Positions 55,361 through 64,000 of a stretch of 64,000 bases of DNA are shown here, piece by piece. The notes under the pieces are model-generated. The model was not told the origin of the DNA. It made no database searches and saw only the letters and a program-made list of their open reading frames with translations. This DNA is from Aplysia californica (lineage: Eukaryota), in the NCBI RefSeq assembly GCF_000002075.1, contig NW_004797827.1:352964-416963 (forward strand), written 5' to 3'. How positions within the stretch are numbered: the stretch's first letter is position 1; every line of letters starts with the position of its first letter. A program made the translations under genes and the position numbers.

Positions 55361-58300
55361 CATTCATTTGCAAGCAAAGGAAAACACTTCCACAACATAA
55401 TTTTTTTCTTCTTTTTTTTTTTTTGGATTCATACATGTTTTTTTGTTTTTTTAAAGTTCCCTTTTTTTTGGTGGTTTATTGAAGAATGTATTGAATAAAA
55501 ACAGTAGTAAAATGCCCCAAGCTTAGATTTCACCAGCGATGTCGTGGGTGTGATTCTCTCAGTGAACTAGTCTGTCACTCACTTTCCCATTTACAGCCAG
55601 TAGTGCTTCTTCGTGTGATTCGACTTGTAATTCTCTCCAAAATAAAGAGCAGACTTTGTCAATCAGGTGCATTGTCTCATGGTTTGTTTGTGTCTGGTTC
55701 CCTTTCTAATGCAGACGACACGAACCCTGCAGGCCCTGCTCTCTCTTTTTTTTCTTTTTGAGCAACCTTTTAAATTAAACTGAAAAGCAGGCTGAACGGA
55801 AGATATCTGGTGGACCCTCCCAGGGGGTGGGGGGGTTAAACGCCTTTGACAGACTATCTGACGAGTTCGGTGATTGGCAGGTGCGCTGGTGCGGTTTTCT
55901 CCTTCTTTCCTATCATACTCGATCCATCGTTCTTTTCTCCCCTCTTTTTCTTCTCTTGTAACACCTTCAGCATTAATTTAATTTATGTGATTTATGATGA
56001 CCTTATTGTTTTGCAAGTACCGCAAAACTTTGACTAAAACTAAAGACTCTCTGACTAGTGTCCCATCGCATAAGGGCTCAGATGTCACATGTACAGCTTC
56101 AGGTTGTGGTAACGGCAACTGAGGAAAAGATTCGACCACATGGACTTGTTTGGCTTTTAAAAAGTCTGAAGGAACTGTGGAACTGTAGTAAGCTTTAACG
56201 TCCTATCCCGATTCTTTGAACTGTGGTACAATTATGCAACCCGTCGCTAAGGGCCCTTAATTATATGCTTTGACTCTGGAGCGGACAGTGCAGATTTTAT
56301 TGTCTCTTTACAGTGTGCCAAATTTTTGTCACATGTTACATATTGTGAAGGAGGGGTCCGCTTAAACTACAGAAATCTGTGACTGTGAGGCTGCCAGATT
56401 TTCTTTAGTTTAGCCATTTTTTATTTTTTTTTAGCTACAAGTACAAGAGATGATTCACTGGCGTCTGTAGTGTACCCTGTGTAGCGGTTAAGTGCTTCGC
56501 TGTTGCATGCAGGAGACTTGAGTTCAATTCCTAAAAAGTGCTTTCTGCTGGGATGTTGTATTCCTCTCAGCCTGGTTCGGCTTTGACTTTGACAGGCAGG
56601 GTGGGAAGCCCACCTCCTAAATATTGTAAATAGTGTTAAAGGGGGTGTAAAACCCCTCCAACTTCCTACAATAATTAGAAATGGCTCAAATAGCGAAGAA
56701 AAAATTTGGGATACTATTTTGTTTCGGTTTACTGCTAAGGATTAACTCTGTTGTAAACGAACTCATCTGTATTTTTTATCCAGGCTGATAGCTTAAAAGT
56801 AGGACCTTTTCAGAAGATACGGTAGTGGGAGGGGAGTATTAGTTTTTGTTGGGCATGCACATGATAAGCTGTTCAAGCGGAGCAATTTCTTCATAACTTT
56901 CTTCACACGGTTAGCTTTATCAAAACCGTTGTGCTGACATTAAGTCTGTTTTTTTTTACCCCCAACTTGCTTGGAGCTACGGTACCTTGATTGTCAGTTA
57001 ATGTGATGCCCGTTGATATTGCCTTCTGTGTGTCTTTGAGAGAAAATTCTTAGAAAGCTCAAACATACTGGTAACATTTTGTGGTTGACTAGAGATTTGA
57101 GTCTTGGACATCAACATCATATTTTTCTCAACAGTCGCCTATCATTTAGTTGTAGTTTAAAGAACTGTCACTCACTTAATGAAGTAGTGTGTTAGTGTAT
57201 ATATCTATATAAATAAATTATATTATTATTTTCTTTTGTTTAAATTGTAGCATGGCAGAATCCATCTGAAATTAGTCCCTACCTTTTTTGTTTTTGTAAA
57301 GTTTGTAAAAAGGAATGGATGTTGTGGTGTCTTTGTTCTTTTTGTTGATTTTTTATTTTCTAAATTGTAACTTTTCTCTACTCGACGTGGGAAATGTGCA
57401 GCAGAGGTGCTGAGGTTTGCTTTCTTTCCACCAGTTATGTTGTTATGAGACGAAGATACCATGTACAGTCAGGCACGGGTTACTCAACATGTCAGGGGTT
57501 GTTGACAAATGTGAGGCAGCGTGGTCAAATCTTTTGGGCTCGTCAAAATAATGAAATTGAAAAAGAAACCGGCATTTTTCCCGCCTGCTTGGACTTTCCT
57601 TTTTTGGCCCAACTCCTTAAAAATTTTTAAAAATACACTTCCATTGTGTGGGTTTTACTAAAAATGTTGATCAAAGGACAATTTCCTCTCTAGCTTTTTT
57701 AACTCCATGTCTGACAGAACCCACTTTCTTCAATTGCAAATATCTGGGCTTCTATTCTAGTCAGAAAGGTACTTTTTCTTCATATGACAGACAAATGAAG
57801 AAGGTTTTACTTTAAGATGATACTGTTGATACCAATAACTCCATATCATCATCATCCAGTGCCAGATCTGCGACAGACATCGGCGATCATGGTTTTCCAT
57901 TCATTCCTTTGCTCGGATGTATATATGCCAAAAAATTGACGAGCGTTTTATTCCACACAAATGCGTTTGACTGTTCCATAATTTTGGTTTAACGATTTAG
58001 TGAAATATTAATACGGAGATATCAGTCGGGGAATGGCAACTTGTATGGTGCTATGTGTTTTTGACCCCATGTGGGAACCCCATTGCAGACACTGACTACC
58101 ACGAGGGGACCGTTGAACATCTTCTCCTCCACTGCCCAAACCTGGCAGTTCTTCGACGCAGGCTCCTACACACACCTACAGACTTACAAAGCCTGCTCTA
58201 CTCTGGCGCTGACCAGATGACAAGGACATGTGGTTACTTGAGGGAGGCATTACGCTGCCAAGAGCGAAATGCTCGCAGCTAAAGGGATTTGAAAACAACA

Positions 58301-58491
58301 ACAATATGTGATTTTGAGTTTCCTGTGTTCGTGTTGTCTGTGCCGGACTGTGTATGTGGATCTCTTGCAATAGTTTTTTCAGGTTCTTATTACTGTGTGT
58401 TCCAGATTTTGTTACTCACTCACTGTTCCATCTAATTATTCTAATAACGGAATGTTGTTTGATTTCATACCGAATAATGAATGACCATTAT

Positions 58492-58963
58492 TGTGAGGCA
58501 GTTTTGTGAAATCAGGCGCTCGTCAAAATAATGAAAGTGAAGAATCCAGTATCTTTTCGATCCGATTGGGCAATTTTTATAGAATTTTTGTTTTTTGGCT
58601 CAGCACCTTTTTATCATATTTTATTTCCATTCAAAAACACGTTTTTGAGTTAATTTTACTGAAAATGTTGATTAAAGCACACATAAATATAAATATTTAG
58701 TTTCCAAGGACTCTCAAGCTGCTAGTATGAAAAGTCAGCAAACTTTGGCCCCCATTTTCTCGTTAATTTTTCATTTTAAATCAGGCGACCCCGACCTTCT
58801 TCAGTAAATTAAGTTGCAAATATCTCGACTTTTGTCCAAGATAGATGGGTATTTTTTGCAACGAAAGCAAGACAAATAAATGAACAAGCTTAATTAAAGA
58901 TGATACCAATAACTCCACATGCCGAAAAATTGACGAGCGCCTGATTCCACCGCGCTGTGACAC
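58492..58963. mobile_element. ~470-bp MITE (11202 family)
   Basis: TIR and internal similarity. Confidence 0.8.
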
Positions 58964-59201
58964 ATTTTTTTAGGAATCTTGAAACATGAAACACCTGTCA
59001 GTGTCAGGCAATGGCCGTGATTTTGTGTTAAGATGAAAAAGCTCGGTCTATAGGCCGCTCTATTGCTACATGTATGTTTTCTCAAAGTTGATGAAGAATT
59101 TGGTAGAGGGTTACAGGAAGAGCTACAAAGAATAAAATCAATAATCATGTTCTGATTGTGACTTTCTTTGTTTTTGTTGAGTGTGTAAGTAAATTCTGTC
59201 G

Positions 59202-60900
59202 GTGGGTAGTTGGCAGGTGCTCTGGTGTGGTTTGCTCCTTCTTTCTTATCAAACATTTATCTTCCTTTCTCCTCCTTCCTTTTTGTGTTTGTTACACTCT
59301 CTCCACTCTCATGACACTTCTAATCTTTAGCACTTAGATCTATATGACCTTATTGTGTAGCAAGGGCTGTAAAACTTTTTCTACTAAAAATGTATTCTGT
59401 GAATTTGTCTTTAACTTTAGCTGTTCCTGCTTCTACTAAGTGGGTGGTTGGAGGGCGCCACTGGTAGGCCCTACTTCTTTACTTACCCCTCTGTTGTTTT
59501 TGTCTGTCTGTCTGTCTTACTTTAGTCCAGCTCTAAATGACCATCATAGTGTCGATGTGCTTCTCTTTACTCAAACTCAGTGGGCGGGTGGTGGGTGGGT
59601 GCTCTGGTGTGGTTTGCTCCTTTCCTATAAAAAAATCTATCGTCTCTATCTCCCCTCCTTCTTTTCGTGTTTGTTACTCTCTTGTAACACCTCTTATCTT
59701 CGGCACTAAAATGATCTTATTGTGTTGCAAGTGCCGTAAAACTCTTACCCCAAAAATAAACTAAACTTTACTCAAACTCAAACCAACAAAACGTTTACTA
59801 AAAGTCCGGCCACTGTGTTGTCTGTGAGAGCACTCAGATGACCTTTACGTGGTTGGGAAAAGTCTGATGGTCGTTTTAATTATGTTATCAATCATGTGCA
59901 GTCCGTGGGAGGTTGGCGGGCGCTCTTTTGTGTGGTTTGCTCCTTCTTTCCTATCAAATATCTATCGTCCTTATTTCCCCTAATTCTTCTTAGCGGGTGG
60001 TTGGAGGGCACCACTGGTACATGTACTCAACTGGTAGGTCCATTTTTATTTAGTAGAGGTTTTACGGCACTCACAACTGCATAAGGTCATATGACGATGA
60101 GCGCCAAGGGGTGGATGTCAACAGAGAAGTCTTTACAGAGAATCAGGCTTACTCTGCTCACCTCTAGCTTNNNNNNNNNNNNNNNNNNNNNNNNNNNNNN
60201 NNNNNNNNNNNNNNNNNNNNNNNNNNNNNNNNNNNNNNNNNNNNNNNNNNNNNNNNNNNNNNNNNNNNNNNNNNNNNNNNNNNNNNNNNNNNNNNNNNNN
60301 NNNNNNNNNNNNNNNNNNNNNNNNNNNNNNNNNNNNNNNNNNNNNNNNNNNNNNNNNNNNNNNNNNNNNNNNNNNNNNNNNNNNNNNNNNNNNNNNNNNN
60401 NNNNNNNNNNNNNNNNNNNNNNNNNNNNNNNNNNNNNTGTGTCTGGTTGGTCCTACTTCTTTACTTTTCCTCTGTTGTTTCTGTCTATCTGTCTTATTTT
60501 TTTCTCAGCACGAAATGACCAGTATTGTGTCGATGTGCTTCTATCTTGGTTTATTTTTAGTAAGGTATTTAATTACGGCGCTGGAATCTGCATGAGGTCA
60601 TATATGAGCGCCAAGGGGTGGATGTCAACAGAGAAGTCCAAAGTGGGTGGTTGGCGGGTGCTCTGGTGTGGTTTGCTTCTTCTTTCCTGTCAAAGCTCTG
60701 TCGTCCTTATCTCCCCTTTTTCTTTTTTATGTTTGTTACTCTCTTGTAACACCTCTAATCTTCTAGCGCTCATAATATGACCTTTTATGCAGTTGCGAGT
60801 GCCGTAAAACCTCTACTAAAACTAAAAGAAGTCCAAACGGAGAATCAAGCTTACTCGGCTCACCTCTCTAGCCTCAACAGCACAAGGTCTGCTTCGTGTC
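59202..60900. mobile_element. Dense cluster of family A, B and D short retroposons
   Basis: A: 59202-59388, 59590-59765, 59905-59985, 60643-60826; D: 59440-59562, 60440-60540; B (minus): 60045-60170, 60550-60900. Confidence 0.75.
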
Positions 60901-61777
60901 TCAGGGTGCAACCGTAGTGCGGCAGGCATTCTACCACAGGCTTACCCGCTACACAAAACAAGGGTCGCTTTGTGACTAAAGGGAAGTAATCGCAGTAATA
61001 AGTCTAATTTTAGTGACAACGTGGTTATTTCCCTTATTAATAGCAATTTTTGTTCCTTGCGTGAGCATGTTGAATTTTTCAATCCATCCATCAAAAATTG
61101 CTCTCATGTTTGCTGATGTTTCGTGTTTACCAGGTGTCCCTGGTTTTAGTGATGTGCCAGCTCCAGATCCAGACGTTTTTTTAAATTTCTGTTTTTTGTT
61201 TTTTAAAACATTTTTCTTGCCTCTATCTGTCCCCGTCGTTTTATGCAAGAAAAAATCTGAAATTATGCAAACTGAGCCCAAAAATGTGAAATTATGCGAT
61301 TCTGTTAATTTTCACAAAGAATGATAAAAGGAAATAATCAGAAATTATGCAAAAATGATCAAATTTTGCTTAATTATGCGGGGTGCATAAAGCCACGGGG
61401 ACAGCTCTATAAAGCTGAAAGTTACAGATAATTTATTTTGGTTTTTTTTTTTTGGACTGGTATGTATCCTTCCAAAAACAAAAACAAAAAAACCATACGG
61501 ATACTGATAGGTTCTGATTTCAATTCTTCCGTACATAGATCTAAAACAAGAAAAGTCTTGTTGAAAAAGTGCAAAACATGTCATGAATGGCGTTATGTCA
61601 ACTTGCATAATTTTTGCATAATTTTACATTTGTCTTGCATAATTTTCCCCATCTAAATTTGCATAATTCTGCGGGGATAGCCCAAGTGACGACTTGGAAC
61701 CTGCCACTGAGCACGCTCAGAGACTCAGAGGCAAACGTGAACAAAATTAATAAAACATTTTACCTTGTCTAGCGAAT

Positions 61778-62080
61778 ATGATGTCGCCTGAAGATGAATT
61801 TATGCTCATGGACAGTTCGTTATTGTTGAGGTCTGTGAAGAAGACAGGAGTCTATAATGTACACCAAATAAATAGAGAAAGACGGCAATTTGGTGAATAC
61901 CACCACCCTTTCTCTGAATTGAAAAAGGACCCTTTTAGATTTCTTGAAGACACAAGAATGTCTGAGGACAATTTCATATATCATATAGGTATTAAAGAAA
62001 ATTGAATCCCGCTATTAAAAAACTGGTATAATGTTCATGATCCAATATTGCCAGAGGAAAGGCTAGTTATTATTTTTAGG
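61778..62080 (+). pseudogene. Degenerate PIF/Harbinger-type transposase, N-terminal exon
   Basis: VHQINRERRQFGEYHHPFSELKKDPFRFLEDTRMSEDNF...PILPEERLVIIFR then |gtaagt; frameshifted. Confidence 0.6.
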
Positions 62081-62177
62081 TAAGTGGAAGTGCTATGTTA
62101 CTATTTTCCGTTTATTATTTTCTAAATCATTATAGTCATATCACTTATAATCATCACCCCTCATTCCGACCATTTCT

Positions 62178-62214
62178 ACCCCCCCTCTCTCTCTCCCTCC
62201 CTCTCTCTCTCCTT

Positions 62215-62267
<53 letters not shown>

Positions 62268-62282
62268 ACCCCCCCTCTCTTT
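62178..62282. repeat. (CT)n/pyrimidine microsatellite
   Basis: Visible in sequence. Confidence 0.9.
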
Positions 62283-63369
62283 CATATTTAACATCATTTA
62301 ACGAAATTAATACATGCTGACATGATTGCAACAGTTTGAACATGTGCAATGTGGGGCCGATGAGTAAGACACAAAACTATTAAAGTAAAACATTTAAACG
62401 AGAAAAGTTAATGATTGATCAATGAATTATTCGCTTTTTTGTTTCAGATATAAAGCAAAACATTCATGTCCGGGGTCGAATTTTTGCATAATAAAAAAAA
62501 AAAGAGCAATCGTCGCCAAGCCAAAAAGTATACTCACTATAACCAAAGATAGTAAATAACAAGATGGTCCACTCAGCCAAAAAAGTGTCCGCAGGAAGTC
62601 CGCTCTTTGCTTCAGATGGCGCTGCAGTCTGTTTTGAAGCTCTCTTTCGTTTTTCCAGAAGAAGAATAGGAATAGCACCTCCTTGCGTGCGCAGATCGAC
62701 TGCTGTTCATCAGCAGTTCGGGTTCGTTCAGTACGGAGTTTTAGCTTAAAATTTTTTTAATGACCTCTCGCCTTTCATTCTAAAGTCAAATTAAACGAAG
62801 AGAACAATCACCCTTTCCTCTGGAAGAGGTTTTTTGTCAGCGTAACCATTTTAAAAAAGCGTTCTTCCGAAATTCATTCAAAAACTTGCTAGTGTCACTT
62901 TGATTTTTTAAACTCAAGTAGGATAACTCTGTTCGCATAAGGTGCGCTTTTGTGAAGAGGGCGCCCCCGAATTTTGAGGACACTTTTTTAATTGGCTCAA
63001 AGAGAGAAGTGGCCCATCTTGTTATGTACTATCTTTGCTATAAACCAACATTCTTTTAACGAGGACACAATGAAGTAGGCTACAAAACGAATCCTTTTTT
63101 AAAATGCAAATCAACTTGATTAATAAAAAGATGAAATCCTCATTTTTACTTTTTAATACACGCGGTAATTGCCAAGAAATTCCAGTAAAATTGTCTGCGC
63201 GGGTTGCCCGCTATCAATCGCTGGTAACACGCNNNNNNNNNNNNNNNNNNNNNNNNNNNNNNNNNNNNNNNNNNNNNNNNNNNNNNNNNNNNNNNNNNNN
63301 NNNNNNNNNNNNNNNNNNNNNNNNNNNNNNNNNNNNNNNNNNNNNNNNNNNNNNNNNNNNNNNNNNNNN

Positions 63370-63562
63370 AGCGCAAATGCCCGCTCAACAGCAAGCTCTA
63401 CGCGCTTCACAACCTACACTATTACCCCAGTAGACCTGACAGCATTCTGAAACAACCTCAATTTCCTGGGAAGCATACAGTACAAGCTGCCATTTGTAGG
63501 CGCTAAAACAAACTAACATTCTGACAAGCAGATCTTCCGCTGTCTATGGCCGGGTACCCATT
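63370..63562 (-). mobile_element. 3' part of the 780-1120 SINE family
   Basis: Reverse complement resembles 900-1090. Confidence 0.65.
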
Positions 63563-63584
63563 CCAACGTGGGTCTTTACTTGAC

Positions 63585-64000
63585 TTAACTTTATCCGTCC
63601 TCTTGTACCTCTAGGGCGTCGAGGGGAGAAAGAGCTTCCTGTCTCTAGCAAGTTTGATGGCCTTGCTGGGTGGGATATTGAATGTTCTCAGGGTGGTATC
63701 TTTCACACTCTGGATCCAGGTCTTTCTTGGTCTTCCTCTTGTTTTGTACCCTGATACTTTCCTGTAGTAGGCTTTACTGGCAAGCTGGTGAGGTGTCATA
63801 TGTGTGAGATGTCCAAACCACCTGATGGCTTGCCTTCGAATGTAGGGGAGGACAGGTGTTGTTTCCGCTATTTCTCTGATCCTGTTGTTTCTGACCATGT
63901 CCCGTCTGGTTTTGTTGACGGCTCTCCTTAGACATCTCATCCCGCAGGTGGTTATCTTACGTTCCAGACTTTTGGTCAGGGTCCATGTCTGGCAGTGGTC
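63585..64000 (-). mobile_element. RTE-clade LINE 3' fragment running off the window edge
   Basis: MRCLRRAVNKTRRDMVRNNRIRE...IRWFGHLTHM...RGRPRKTW. Confidence 0.85.

Noticed and set aside
56460-56535. tRNA-like sequence (also 780-845, 26085-26140)
   Set aside because: No complete cloverleaf; SINE heads followed by repeat bodies.

Overview
Eukaryotic, intron-containing animal genomic DNA with several N gaps. It is AT- and repeat-rich and probably from a mollusc or other lophotrochozoan (inferred from the repeat types only). Four spliced housekeeping genes could be assembled by hand with GT-AG boundaries and consistent phases: DNAJB12/14 (- strand, 9 coding exons, 366 aa), FAM241 (- strand, 2 coding exons, 155 aa), UBE2I/Ubc9 (+ strand, 6 coding exons, 160 aa) and RING1/RNF2 (+ strand, 3 coding exons, 359 aa). 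FAM241 and UBE2I are head-to-head. The rest is transposable-element material: RTE and I/Nimb-like LINE fragments, tRNA-headed SINEs, many MITE families, and Tc1 and Harbinger transposase relics. The main observations are: (1) about 35 copies of a ~180-bp retroposon with 8-13 bp target-site duplications (TSDs), a fixed G-rich 5' end, no evident Pol III B box and a covarying 3' hairpin shared with three other repeat families, lying almost always in the sense orientation of the host gene and several times right at splice donors; (2) a four-level nested insertion with 9-bp TSDs in DNAJB12 intron 1; (3) two duplicated 5' splice sites. Most short ORFs in the supplied track are spurious.
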